This document shows positions 27,540 through 41,600 of a stretch of DNA of 64,000 nucleotides, in pieces. Every line of letters begins with the position of its first letter. The first letter of the stretch is position 1. The notes beneath the pieces are model-generated. The model was not told the origin of the DNA. It made no database searches and was given only the letters and a program-made list of their open reading frames with translations. Source of the stretch: Thalia democratica (lineage: Eukaryota); contig OZ241828.1 in NCBI GenBank assembly GCA_965202585.1, forward strand, positions 23,188,001 to 23,252,000. The letters run 5' to 3'. The translations under genes and the position numbers were made by a program.

Positions 27540-28170
27540 TTACATGAGTTAACCGAGAGTCACGACTCATAGGTTTGCTTTAACTGTAAACAAGGGAACA
27601 AGATTTTTAATAACAAGTCATTGCATTATGAGTTATGTAATGTTTACTGTAAATATGATTCCGTTTCAAATCTTTATTCGACTTAGTTTACTACAAACAA
27701 TAATCCTACAAAGATCTGAAACAACAACAGTTACGTAGTATTTACCATACTCGTAATCACTTCAATATCCTTGTTTAGATCATACTTAAAAGGGTTTTAC
27801 ATATAACTAAAAACTGTTTACTACACCATGGTTTACGTAATATTTTCTGTAAACATGACCAATAAAACTAGGTTTAAAGTTTTCTTCTTAGAATTTTACT
27901 CATAGTATTAAATATTTTCTACATCATGAGCTACGTAATGTTTACAACGCTTAAAATAACTTTGTTATGATTCTATTAAGTATAATAACTTAATGGTAGT
28001 CAGCTAGTTATTTAAAACGAGTCACTACACCATGACTGACATAATATTTACTGTAAATATGGTCGCTTACATGTAGGTTTGATGCTAGCTTTTAAAGATT
28101 GTAGTTAAAAAGGATTTACTAGTCTAAAATTAGTTGCTACACTATGAGTTGTTTAATGATTTTCTGCATT
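27540..28170. repeat. Degenerate minisatellite, ~100-110 nt unit, at least 5 copies
   Basis: The motif tacaccatga...taat.tttactgtaaa.atg recurs near 27625, 27820, 27920, 28025 and 28138. Confidence 0.7.
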
Positions 28171-30779
28171 AATTCCCACTTTAGTATACGTTTTTACTCC
28201 ATATTAAAATTAGACTTTGGTAGTTTTATACTGGGTAATAAATAATAAATCTTTTGTACCTTTATGATCTTTTATAAGATATAATGATTTTTTTTTATTA
28301 AATACCTATATTATAATTATGACATAATAACTTTTGTATTAGAGTACAACTTAGCTTTTGTAGTATAAAAGTATTTTAAAAATGCTTGATTAAAAATATT
28401 TTTTAATATTCACAACAAACTAGTTTTATAGTTTAATAAAAACCAAATTATATGAACTTTAATTGAGTACTTTTTCAGACTGTTTTCAATTCGACTTATT
28501 TATTTTGTTCTGTACTTGTTATTGTAAAATGAGCTCATGACTTGTTGAAGAACTATAATTTATCAACAGTTTAACATTTAATCTTGAATTTTCAGACACA
28601 CAAACTATTTTATCAGTTTTGCAAATTATATTTAGAAGAAATTATGGATTAAAGCGTAATTTGTCATACATTGTGGCTTTCATTTATAACTTATTGGTTA
28701 TTATTTCGTAAGGCATGACAGTTGTTGTGCAAATACAAAATGAATTTAAACTTTATTTAGAGTTATATATTTTACTTTGTTTCTTGCTTGAGTCTTAGCG
28801 TTAAATTAACTGCTAAAGACGAAAAATGTTTAATTATGGATTTAGTGTAGCTATGAATGTCATTTTTTATTAAATTTTGTTTAACAGTTTATTTAATTGT
28901 AATTTGTTTCAATAAATATTTTAATAAATTTATATTGGCTTAATAATACTTTCAAGAGTAGTCTGCCTAACAAGAGTACAGTTCAATAAAAAGCTTAAAA
29001 CTTATTTGCAAAAAATATACTTGCATTTTGTAATAGCAAAAAGGCTTATTGCAAAAACCACTCACAGAATATTCGCTTACAAAAATTATTCTGCACACTT
29101 AATATCCAGTTACAATCAAAACAACTTGAAATCACAGAAACACCAAGCAATTATTTGTCAGGGTTGCCCAGGTTTACAAAATAGCTTAATCGCTTATTTC
29201 TGCATTGCTAGAAAAATAAACAATTTTTAAAGTTGTCGTTTATTAGCACAATGTAGCTAACGGTTTACCAGGAATTTCAAATATAGTATATATTTAGAAG
29301 TGTTTTAAAAAATAATTACGGATCATTTTCAGAAAGTATAAAGGTAAAAGTAAACTATTACCGTTTTCTTTTGTATATTTTTAAGGTTATCAAATACGAT
29401 GACTTTATACTTTATTCAAAAATTTTAGCTGATCTTAGTATGAAATTTAAATTGTTTCATTTACTTTACATAAAAACAGTAAAAAACTCGAATAGTTTTA
29501 TACAGTAGAGTTAGAATCAAACATATTTCTACTATTTTTTTTGGTTTTTCAAAATTCTCAAATCTTTAAAACAAAATTAATATGCAGAAACTTTTTTCTC
29601 TAATCACATTTACCTACTTCTAAATCAATTACTTATCACCAACAGAACAATTGAAGTTTCTTACAAACTTCAAATGTCGTAGTTAGTCACAGTACACTAC
29701 GCGTAGTAATTACGTTTCGAAATCCCGTATGAACACGGCATTATGACGTAACAGAACGAAAATAAAGCAGACCACGTGCTGAGGGCAACATCTCTGAGCT
29801 ATCTTACAGGAAAATGTGCAAAACAGAAACACTGTTTGTTGCTAGAGAAAATACCACAGCAAAGTAAAAACATTCCGGTGTAAAAGTTTCAATGAAAGTG
29901 TTGTTTGTATCTTATTAAAAACCTTATTTTTTGCAGTCACATGTATACACACGTATAAATAACATTCTTGCGTTGGGAAAAACTCGTGTTTTTTACTGTT
30001 TTAAACATGTTTCTTATGCTAAAAACAAGCGGATTACGTTGGCAACCGTGTAAAAAATAAATTACAAGTGTGTCTAAACAATAAAAACTTTGCTAAAAAC
30101 AAGTTTAGGGCTGCTGAAGAAACAGAAACATTACATTTTAGCTGACAAAGCAAGTTTAATAACAAAATAAACCAATATCTATGTATAAAATAGTTGTTAG
30201 ACATCTTATGTTTAACCTTTTAAAACTAAATTCAATCTTATTTTCCGAAAATAACACTTAAATATTTAGGTTAAAATCTTATTTCTATAATTATTTTTTT
30301 AGTTACAAAAAGACTATAGAAAAAATTTTAAAAGTACACAACTAATTACAATTAAATAAAAAAATCTAAAACTATTGAGAAAGCTCTACTACAAGTAGCT
30401 GCAGAACAAAATACTCTTTAATTTAAAGGCTATGAAAACTAAAACTAAATTATTTTATACTAACTAATTTTTTTGCATGCTTAAAAGACAAAACTTTAGT
30501 TTTATGGTTCGCAAATAAGAAAAAATAAATTTGAAGAAAATTACGAAATGAAATAAAATAGCTCATATAAAACTATTATTATAACAACAAAAAGTAATTA
30601 CTTGTAGTCTAGCTAAACCGAAACTAGAATACAACTTTGCTATTATAAGGCTTTTATTCTCAAAGACTAAAACTTTGATTTAACAAGTTACTAAAGAATG
30701 ATAAATTAAAAATTATAAATAAATTAAGAAATACTATATTTCTATTCTGTTTCAACTTTCTCTTTCACACTTTCTTCAA

Positions 30780-31020
30780 AGTGACGACGATCATCTCAAG
30801 TGCATGCTACTAATGCGCAATATTCACCACCAGGTGTCGCTGTTACCGCCCCGGGCAAGTATTGTGACGACACAAGCGAGAGAGAGCCTTCCTTCATCTC
30901 TCGCCGTGACGCAACAACCTGTTCAGGTTTTGTGACGTCACAATGATATTTTGTCGCGCGCATTTTGTTGCAATTTTGCGCCCGGATTTTTATCTGAATG
31001 CAGTCTGTCGGCTCGTGATC
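30780..31020. promoter_or_regulatory. GC/CpG-rich island with a GC box, CRE and palindromes; candidate promoter or 5' exon of gene A
   Basis: GGGGCGG on the minus strand (~30846-30852), TGACGTCA at 30933-30940, TGACG half-sites and several inverted repeats, all within AT-rich flanks. Confidence 0.45.
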
Positions 31021-34000
31021 AAAAAATGATTGTGTTATTTTGTTTGTAATTAATTAAAATTTGTTTTTGTCGATTAAACATTGTTATTATATAGTTTGCA
31101 CACTTTTATAGTTCCCAATAGCTTTTGAAGTACGAACATCGTGCTTTGTTTATAAATGATTATTTATTTATAGGTCGATTATAATTTAAATATATTACAT
31201 GTTTTAAATAAACTATTTACTGCCTATTTTATTAAATTAAATGCCTATTATTAAGAAACTGCACGCATCTGATGATCAAAAGATAGTTGTTTTGTTTATA
31301 AATCATTTGATAAATATGTTTGTATACTTCACATTAACTACTTTTTATTTACTTATTTATCTACAAGTTTCAATATTGTGTGTGAACAAGTAATTTTTGT
31401 TTTTAATTAGTGGAACATTGTTTCATGATTACAATTGTATGATTATGGGTTAATAATCGATGATTTACTTTTTTTCTTAATTATATACTAGTATTCTTAA
31501 TAATTTTTGTTCAGTACTGACTTCAAATAATTTTCTATTAAATAAAAAAACATTTACATTATTTCAATATATTTTTGACAAAAAAGATAGTTATCTCGTT
31601 TTATATGCAACTATTAGATCAAATATGAATTTTTTGTCCAAAATTAGTTTAACTAATAAATAAAACTAACTCAGGATGTTTTGTTTATGCACGCTTTTTT
31701 ATTTTCTCTATTGGTTATTATATTTATAATTAATCAATTGTAAGTTTTTAATGTAAACATTAATGAATCTAAAAGTCTGATATGCACACTTCTGTAAATA
31801 ATTCTATTAATGTTAGTCAACTTATCATAAACAATTTTCTAATTTTTGCTATTAATGCGATGATGTTTATAAACAATAAATAAATGATTGTAAAGTAACA
31901 GCTGTTGTTAAAAAAAAATAGGTGAAGTTATAAAAATCTATATTTAAACTTTTATGACAATTAGATAGATTATGTTTGAAACTTTGTACTAAAGATTTTA
32001 TTCTTTTCGCTTATTACTTTGCTAACTTATATGATTTCTATATAATCAACTTTATGTTAAATTTTTAGTTTCAAAACCTCTATGTCAAGATTTTTATATA
32101 TCCTTTTTAAAAATTGATGTTGTTTATCAATTACTAGTTCTAAGTATAAAAAATGTAAGAAGGTTTTCGTCATACTTTTTCATAATTAAAAGTCAAAAAA
32201 CATAGTTAAAATCTTTTAAAATTGTAGTTACTGCTAGTATGCTAGTATTCTAATTGTTTACATTTATTCAAGACGATTAAATTACTTCAAGTAATTTTTG
32301 ATTCGGTTGTTCAAATAATTTGTTGCAATTTAGTTAAGATCTATCTGATAAAGTTTATTAATCACTCAACTACTTTTTACTTTTTTGTAAACTGTGTAAA
32401 AAATTCATTATTCTTTTTAAGACTTAACTTAAAAATTAAATTTAATGTTTAGTTTTCTTTTCTTTTAACTAATTTTTAATTTTTTTAATGTACGTTATTT
32501 ACAATATTGTATCTCAAATTTTATACCACCATTTTAATTAAATCTCTTTAGTTAAGTTTAAAAGTATTGATGGTTGTCATCTGTTAGTTTGTTTTATGTT
32601 TATTGTCTTTGTGTGCATTTTAATTGATTAATTTTTTTTTCTATGTATAACTAGTAAAGTGTTTTTTTAAAGTTTTCTGAATTTAAATGACAATTTAATG
32701 ACCACTGAAACATCACTAACAAGATTCTGTTAATAGTGACAAAAACTTGGAGCTTTTCTATACGCGTAGTCTTTGTCGTAAACTGTGCAACATTTGTTTT
32801 TTGTGTATAACTATTTTGCTGCAAATTAAGTTTATTTACTAAAATATATATTTTACTATTACAAAAAATTTTTCAGTGATGCACTTATTAACAAAAAAAT
32901 TATTAAAATTTTTTAACTTTTTTACCTTATCAATCAACAGCTTAAAAGGCTCTTTAAACAAAATATTGAACGCCTAAAACTTCACTCGTGCTAATACACA
33001 CACCCAAACAAACATGTTAGATTTATTGTCAAATAAAAACTAATACGTCGATTTACACGACCACAGCTATATGAAATTACGTTTGTAACTTATACCCTTT
33101 TTATCCAAATTTTTGAAATTAAAATATTTACTTAAAATGTTTTTCCGTGTTAAAACTAATAGCTAAATAAGTTGTACGAAAGTTTGAGATCATAATTTTA
33201 CTTTACTTTTACTTTGTTGTTGACTTAAAACGCTGAAAATATTTGTCGACTGTGTGTTTTGTTTTTGCTTTATTTTTCTAATGTAACTATTTTTCATAAC
33301 TAAATTCTTAAAACTGCGCAGTTTAAACACAAAATGAATATTTCAAGCAACGTTTTTGTTAGTGTAAACTTTGCAAAACTCAAGCTAACTAATAAAAAAA
33401 TGTATACTAAAAAACAATTTGAATTTAGCATAACTAAACAATTGTTGACAAGTAAAAAACTTTGTAATAAACCTTTTTAATGCAACTTCAGTTAATGAAA
33501 ACCCTTAAGTATTACTAACTAACAGTTGTTTTTGTTTTAACAATTTAAAATTAAAACTTATCGAACTTTTCTTAACCTTTATTTACTAGTACATATACTC
33601 TTGCTTTTAACAAAAATAGTGCTTCTTTTTTAAACAAACTACATACCTGGGTACTTTAAAACTTAACCAATTTTTTAGAAACGCATCATGATTTTTATTG
33701 CACACAACTCAAGTTATGCACTATAAACTTTTACATCGCTCGTCCAATGTTATATAACAAGAAAACTATGCAAAGAAATAACAAGCAAATTACATTTTAT
33801 ATTACGTACATTTGATATGCATGTTTTATAAGTTGAATTAACTAAACATTTTTTATTACACACGAAAACTGAGCAACTTTTATAGAGTAAAATACATTTC
33901 AAATCACTTAGTTTGTTTGACATGCATTCTTACACAATAAAACGACCACTTTAATAATTTCTAATACTCACGAAAAGGGCAACTTTTATTAGCCTATCAA

Positions 34001-34125
34001 TTGTCCATCAATCATAAGTGGCATGAAATTAGCACAAGATTTGAACTCTTATTACTTAGTAGATTACGAAGACCGCCATGTATTTATCCAACCAAAAACA
34101 AGGTATTTAAGTTTCAACCATTTCG

Positions 34126-34189
34126 GTTGCCTTGGTAACATAAATTTTCCACTGTCGCCAGGCAAAGAAAGTATTATTTCCATGGTAAC
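34126..34189. promoter_or_regulatory. Cluster of three RFX X-box-like motifs
   Basis: GTTGCCTTGGTAAC (34126-34139), GTCGCCAGGCAAA (34154-34166) and ATTTCCATGGTAAC (34176-34189; reverse GTTACCATGGAAAT). Confidence 0.55.
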
Positions 34190-36676
34190 CGGATACCCAA
34201 GGACCCTTTGGAAGTTATTTGAAGTTCAACATTCGAAATGCACGCTTTATGCGGTATTTGTAACGAATATATAGTTTGAAGTTTTATCACGTACTTCTTT
34301 GATGTTATTTTCGCTTTCAAATAATTTTGCTTCATATTACTAGGTTTGGAGTTTATTACAAATAATATTGATGAACTTTGTTAAAACTTTTTTTTTCGTC
34401 TTTAGAGTAAAATTGTTGGATAAAAATTGTTTTTAATGTACATGTTGTCTGTCTATTTTCTTTGCGTAAATCCCGCTTTAAACGTTTATTTTTTGTGACA
34501 TGATTACCTTTTTTATCCAGATTTAAAAACCTCTGTACCAAACTTAAAAGTTTTAACAAGAGTTTATAACCTTTGTGATTTTATTTAACTTTTTTTTTTT
34601 GCTTTTTTTTTCATTAACATTTTTTGAGGTGCTTAACGTAATTTGATTTACTTTGTATCTAAACGTTTTACTGACAATTTTTGCTGTAACATGAATACTA
34701 AACTTTATTAAGATTTGAAAACCTACTGGTGCTAAAACTTTTTACAAGATGTTACAAACTTTTAAACTTTGTTATTACTTTTTAGAGAAAGTTTGTTGGC
34801 ATTAAATATAATTTGACTAGATTTAAACACTTTTAATAATCGTTTTTTTGCAGTATAAATACTATTTATTAGTTTTAAAAAGATTACTTATTTAAAACCT
34901 CTACGGCAAAGCTAAGCAGTTTTTCACAAAAATTTACCAGCTTTAAGTTTTTAATTCCGTCTTAACTTTACTTAGAATTAAAAACCGTCATTTAAATGTT
35001 TTTCTGTTAAGTAGAAAATAAAGTTTCGAAATTAAAACTTTTTAATGTGATGTTTTTTCTATTTGTACAAACTAAAAAACCTGTATTTATTTAAGTTTTA
35101 TTTAATTGCATAAACCGTTGAAACTTGTTAAATATAATCCGACTTTATCGCATACTTAGCAAAATTTGTATTGCTGGAAATATTTTTGGCTTCAGTTTAA
35201 AGACTAAACATATTTGTATAACAAGCAAAAAATTATTAATGTTGATATTGAATAATTTTGTACCGATGTTGTTTATTACCTTCACATTTTCCGGCGCTTT
35301 TATAACTTATAAAACAGTCTAAGTTGTTGCTTCCAAGTTTATAAAGTATAGCTAATAAAGTGTTCCATTTTATTTAAACATTCTTAGAGTAATACACTTC
35401 ACTAAATTTTTAAGTTTGGAAAATAAGGTAAGTCACTAGTATAAGGCTTCAGGCCGAGTTAGATGTCTTATTACAATTGTGTTATAACCAACAGTTTGAT
35501 CGATGATCTTATTATTTTTACATCACTCACAGCGCTTTTGTAAAGTAATAAAGTATTTGGTGTAAAAATGTTTAATTGAAGGTTTGATAAAGTTGTTTTC
35601 TACTGATCTAATAATATATTTTCAAATTATTATTCGCATTTAAACAAGGATTGTTAAAGGTGCAAACCAAGTACGCATTTTCAATGTATGGACTAATAAC
35701 TGTTTTACTGTTGGTAAAAAATTTCTCTAAACCTAGGTTTTAATTAATTTTTTTTTATTAAATTAGTTTAACTACTCTTAAAGGTCGTTTGGTCTGAAAA
35801 TCAATTTTAAAGCTACCAAATGAATTTAGAAGTCAGTTTAGTTTAGTCTGCTTTCCAAAACTTTTGCAAATGAAGCTTTTGTCTAACATTTCATTTTTTA
35901 AACAAAAGCATTTAATTTTAACTACCTTTGAAATAAATTAAAGAGTAAATTATATCAATATCTTATGTAGTAGTTTAGAAATTAACAAATAAATGACAAA
36001 ATTTAACAGCCAAAAGGCCTGTACAAATCACAGCTTAGAAATATTAATTATTTTCCAACAACTAATTGCGTAAAACTAAACTAAAGGGTATACAAACTGG
36101 AAAATAATCACCTTTGATTTCTTTTAATATAACTTTTAAAGTAAGTTAGATTAAAAACCATTTTGTTTAAGTTTTTTTTTTTTTCGATTGCTCTAAATAC
36201 AAACTAATTTCACAGACTTTTAATTAATAAAAAAGTTTATTTCAAATGTTTTTAGCTAACTACAATTTTCACTTACTTCAAAGAGAAGAATAAACGGAAG
36301 TTAAACAAACGGTGTAATACCATTCAGCATTTGTTTAAATTTGAAAATATCTTATCCCGCAACGAATTGTACTAAACTTACAATAATTCAAAAAACTTAA
36401 TTACTATACTGAATGAAATTAGTTACAGAACAAACTTTTCAAAAACAAAAATTAGTCTAAACAAAAGATCCAAGTCTAAATGTCAAACAAAATACATTGA
36501 CAGAAACGAAATCTAAACTAGTGTGTTACATTTATAATAAAGCTTGCAAAAACAATGTTCTACAAAATACAACCTACTGCCAAAGAAAACTTTGAAGTAA
36601 AAGCCAAAGTACATCATGAAATTATGAGCACATGATATCAGATGGCACAGAATTCCCACCTAACTTGAATAATTAC

Positions 36677-36738
36677 CTGTGACGTCATAATGAAAACAAC
36701 GCCTAAATGATGAATGCTACAGACACCAATGTACTTTG
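36677..36738 (-). other. Orphan exon-like segment (62 nt) between the two genes
   Basis: TATCTTCCAG acceptor and CAG|GTAATT donor. It contains TGACGTCA and is open in phase 1-0 (KYIGVCSIHHLGVVFIMTSQ). Confidence 0.35.
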
Positions 36739-38456
36739 CTGGAAGATATTTTATGTAGGATTTTTAAATATAAATTCATCTAAAAGAAGTAAAAATTTTT
36801 AAGGAGTTTTAACAACACTTTTTAACGCTATTAAATATTGCTATTTTCGTTCAAAACAAACGTAAATAAAAATGAAAATTTACTTGTAATATGACTTTTT
36901 TAATTAAACCTGTGCAATTAAAACTATACAAAACATAAAACTATATATAACACAAAAGCTTTTTAAGACTATTACAAAAAGGTTTATGCAAACAATTTTA
37001 ATGTTATATATCAACTTTAGCTAAATTTATTAACAAAATATTTGTTTTACGACTTTTTTTGGTTTATGCTTAAGAGTCAACTTGAAAAAAGATTGTTTAC
37101 TTTAAATTCCCTACTTTATAACCAAACAGATAAATAGTTGTTGTTAAATTTGTTATTTAAATGTTAAATGTTAATAAAAAAAACTAAAATTGTCTACTTT
37201 AAGCAATTAAAATTTTAAATTAATATGTTAAGTCACCTTAATGAAGTTTAAAACTAATTTTGAAAAAAAAAATTTAGATTTTTATTTTAGATATTTAAAG
37301 CCATTTTAACTCATTGTAACTACATAACTGTTTAAAAAAAAGTACTTTTAAAGTTTAAGTTTTTTGTTCAGTTTATTACTAAATTCCTTCTACGGAAAGC
37401 TTATATAACCAGGTGATTAACAAAAGGCAGTAGTTATTTAGTTTTTCTAAAACAATTTATCTACTTTTGTTTAACGTTTTGGAGTAATTACTTTAAACAC
37501 ACTCACTTTAGGTCTTATAGTTTTTTCGAAAAATATAAATAATGCTATTTTATACTTTGTATGAGGATTAAACCAATAAAAAGTGTGATCCTCAAAGTAT
37601 GAGCTATAAGTTTCAAGGTATATATATATATACATAAGCTGAACAAAATTTTAAAAATAGATAGATATTAAATTTAAATATTTATTTATCACACACCATG
37701 CGTTTATATTTTCTAGTACGTTTTGTTTTATTTTTTTCAAATCGAAAACATTGGGACATGCTAAAAATACATCAAATATAAACAGAATAAAGTGTTACGA
37801 TACACAAAAAACAAATTAAAGATTTACTTAATAGAATACTATTCAAGTAAAAGATGTAAAACCAATTAACTTTTTTTGTCTAAAAACAATGGTTAATAAA
37901 ATAATATTTATGAACTCTTTTATACTTTAAGAAAACTTGGTTTGAATAAATTGTTATAAAAGACGTTCAACAATTTTTACCTTAAAGTCATGCATGACGT
38001 TTCGTCAATACACATTTGTTACGTCATCACTTCACTTTAAGATATTTAAACTAAGTGAATTATAGAAGTTAAAACTTTTGTTAGTATACAAACTAAAACA
38101 GCTAAAATACTTGATGTTCTCGGCAAATGAAAACTAAAGAAGAAGCTTAGATTTAAAAACTGTCTTTTTTTAAACATAGAGCTTATAAGAGCACAAATAA
38201 TACCAGTGAAGTCGTAAAACCGTGAAGCTTTTTAATTTATAACAAAATTAAAAAGTAAAACAGTTAAAAGACGTAAGTAAAGTTTACAATATAAAAACAA
38301 GTAAATTAATTGTAATGTTAATTTTCATTGTGGTTTTATTAATACTAATGAAGTCCTTAAACTCTTACAAAACCTTTATTATAAAATCAAAGTTAATAAC
38401 TTGACAGTATTTTGTTTGAAACTTATACTTTTGTTATAATCATTATTATCATCTTA

Positions 38457-38600
38457 TTACAACCGGTCTTCCTGCACTCCATCTTCGCTACTAGATGGAG
38501 TTGCTTTCTGCTCGACTCTGGAGGAAACGGACAATGTTTCGACGGTAGGAGGGGTTATACTGGGGACGGGGATATGGTTCTTAGACACTTTCAGTTTTGT
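38457..38600 (-). CDS. Gene B terminal exon: Ser/Pro/Thr-rich cytoplasmic tail ending ...GVQEDRL*
   Basis: CAACAG acceptor, phase 0, tandem TAA TAA stop. AATAAA hexamers lie on the minus strand at 38375-38380 and 38335-38340 (weak evidence in AT-rich DNA). Confidence 0.82.
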   Translation of the reverse strand, partial: TKLKVSKNHIPVPSITPPTVETLSVSSRVEQKATPSSSEDGVQEDRL

Positions 38601-41600
38601 CTGTTGATAATATTTAATTAGTATACCAGAGAAAGAAATATACACTAGAGGTATTCAACTATGTATTTAATTAATAATAAATATAAGTATTCTAATATTG
38701 TTATATTTATAACAAATAAATAAATAAATAGATAAATGATATTTTCAGTATATATAAGTACTTAAGCAGTTTATGTCGAAAATTGGATTTTAAAAGCAAT
38801 AAAAGTTTTCATGATCCTATTCAAATTTGATTAATTTAAAAACCCTTCAAGTAGGCTCTGTCAAAGATGATTTAGTTAATCTAAATATATTATTTTCTAA
38901 GTATTTAAATATATATTTATGTGTTTGTAAGATACTGCTTGCTTTAAATTGCTATTTAATTTTCTTAGTGAGAGTATTTAGCTTCAGTGAATTGTGTAGA
39001 TAGTTAATAATAACATTAGTATAATTTCTGGAAGTGAACGTTTTTTGAAAACTTGCTAACAAACTGCTGATTTTAAAATACTTTTAAATAAAGTATGTTT
39101 CTTACAGGTCTTACTAAATATTATGTTGTGAAAAATTAGTTTATATAAATATAAGTTTAAAACTTTAGGCGTTAATTTTTAAATTAACATAAAACATTTA
39201 ACGCTACTTTTAAAATATTTAAACTAGTTTTATTTTTTTCACGATAATTGTTTTAAGATACTGCTTACAAGATGACATGATGTTAATTGTTTATTATTTT
39301 TATGTTAAAAGATTGAGTCATTCCAAAATTAAAACACGTTTAGAGTAAACGAACTTAAAAATTCCGATTACTTTTGCTATAAATAAATCCTGACCACAAA
39401 TCTTTTAAATTAAATTCTTTAAAAACTGTCAATCAAACACTGAGAGTTTGTTCTTAATGTATTTGCATACTAGCTTTAGATTATATTGTGTTACAATAAG
39501 TCTTACTCAAAACCAGTTTTAATGTTCCATGTAAAAAGATCAAATAGCGGACTAAGATATTTTAATTTTGTAGTCTGTTATTAGCACCTTGTGGAACTGT
39601 TTGCCATTTAGCTTGATTTTAAAGGTGTGTAATTCCAACATAAAACCATGGAAAATTTGAAAACTGTTAATTAAGTCATAATAGTTCATTTGTATTCTAA
39701 TTTTTAGCTACTTTTTGTAAAAATAGACTCTTGTAAAAAACCATGCAATAAGATAAAACAACTTAAAAGTGTAATATTTTAATTAAAACGGATTTTCAAA
39801 TCCTCAACCAAGTGTGGCGGTTTGGTCTTTACAACTTGTACACCCATTTGCATTTTAGCTTTTAATATATCTACTGTAGTAAGTCTTAATAAAAACCAAG
39901 TGTACCATAAAATTTGAAAAGGGAAAAATTCAAAGATTGTTGTTTAAAAGTTAGAGAACTATTTGCACTATAGCTTCTTATGTATCTACTATTAAGATAA
40001 TTTCTATTCTAAATTAGCATTACTCTACAGCAAAAAAAAAAACAGAGTCCGTAGTGTAATCTTCTGATTAAACTTTATGAATGTTGTAAAAAAATCTTGA
40101 AACTTTGTTCTTAACCACAAAGACAATTATTTATACTCTAGCTTTTCTTACATTTATTGCAATTATGTTAAAAACTCATAACTTTTTTCTATAGAACTAT
40201 CATTCAAGTCTTTAAAGCTTAACCTTTAAGCATTAGAAGAATATTTGCATACATCAATTGAAATAACTGATTTTAAAATACTAAAAACTGAATTTCTGGG
40301 TAATAGGTTCTGCAAAAAAGCGAATAATAAGCTGTGGTATGTTTTTGTTTGTCTAAGGTCATTTTATAAGGTCATTCTAAATAAAATTTAAGTTGAAGTT
40401 ACAAAAATTGCTGACAAAGTCTCCAAACATACTCAATATTGTAGGTATTTTGTTTCAATATCTTAGTTTGATTTATTAGGAGCTAGTAAAAAAAATTCTA
40501 AATTAAAATAGGCTTGTGTGAGTAAGGTTACCTACACAATTTTGAACAAAATTTCAGTGGCTATTATTTTCAAAATGCTGACACAGGTATCAAAAAACAA
40601 TTAGTTTCTATTATATGTTTTTTTTTCGGTGAAATTTTGAAAAGTTTTACAGAAAGAAATTAAAAATTAAAATTGAAAATATTTTAAAACTCATTGTTTA
40701 TACGTATGTTTATACGTCATTGTCATACGACACCATAATATCGGATTTTCGAAAATTAACACGAAAATACAGTTGAGTAAAAAAACTTAAAAATTCTGTT
40801 TATTTTGGCTAAAAGTAAATCCTAACCATAAATATTTTAAATTAATCTCTTTGAAAACTGTCAATAAAAAACTTTAAGTTTGTTGTTTACGTTTTTTGCA
40901 TACTAGCTTATGGTAATTTGGTGTTACAATAGATTATATTGAAACCCTATAACAATTTGCCAGATGTTCTAATTTTATAATCTGTAATTAACACCCTATT
41001 TAACAGAACTATTTGCATGTTAGATATCAACTGGAAGTTTTATTCAAAACCAACACACCACCATAAAATTTTCAACGCGTAAAAAAATTCAATCATATTT
41101 TAAAAGTTGTTTGTAATTTAGCTTTTAATTATTATTTTTTTAAATCAGATCATGTTAAAAACCATGTGATGAGATAAAAAGTTTCACAATATAATAACTT
41201 AATTTATTTTTAAATCCTCAAACAGTTATTAATAGTTTGATTTTTACAACTAGTTTCACCATCTGACTTTTAGCTTGTGAGTTATCTATAGTACACACGA
41301 CCTAATACTCGTTAAAACTAAAATATAACTACAAAAAAAAGTTTACAATAAGTAAAAATTGCATGTTTGTTCTTTAAAAAGTTGAGAATTATTTTTATTT
41401 AAACTCCTTTTATATCTACTGTTGTAGTGAGTCTTTTCTACAACAATGTAAGATAAATAACTCCTAATATGATCGTTTGATTTAACCTTTTGAATGTTGT
41501 AACAAAAATTTGAAGCTTTGGAATTTTTATAGACTAGTTTCGAGGAAGTTTATAGTAAACATGTTGAAAGCCAATAAGTTTTTACTATGAAATTTTTTGA

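Noticed and set aside
34023-34274. 83-aa ATG ORF on the plus strand
   Set aside because: No recognisable domain or exon partners. The local GC rise is better explained by the X-box cluster; a small gene is not excluded.
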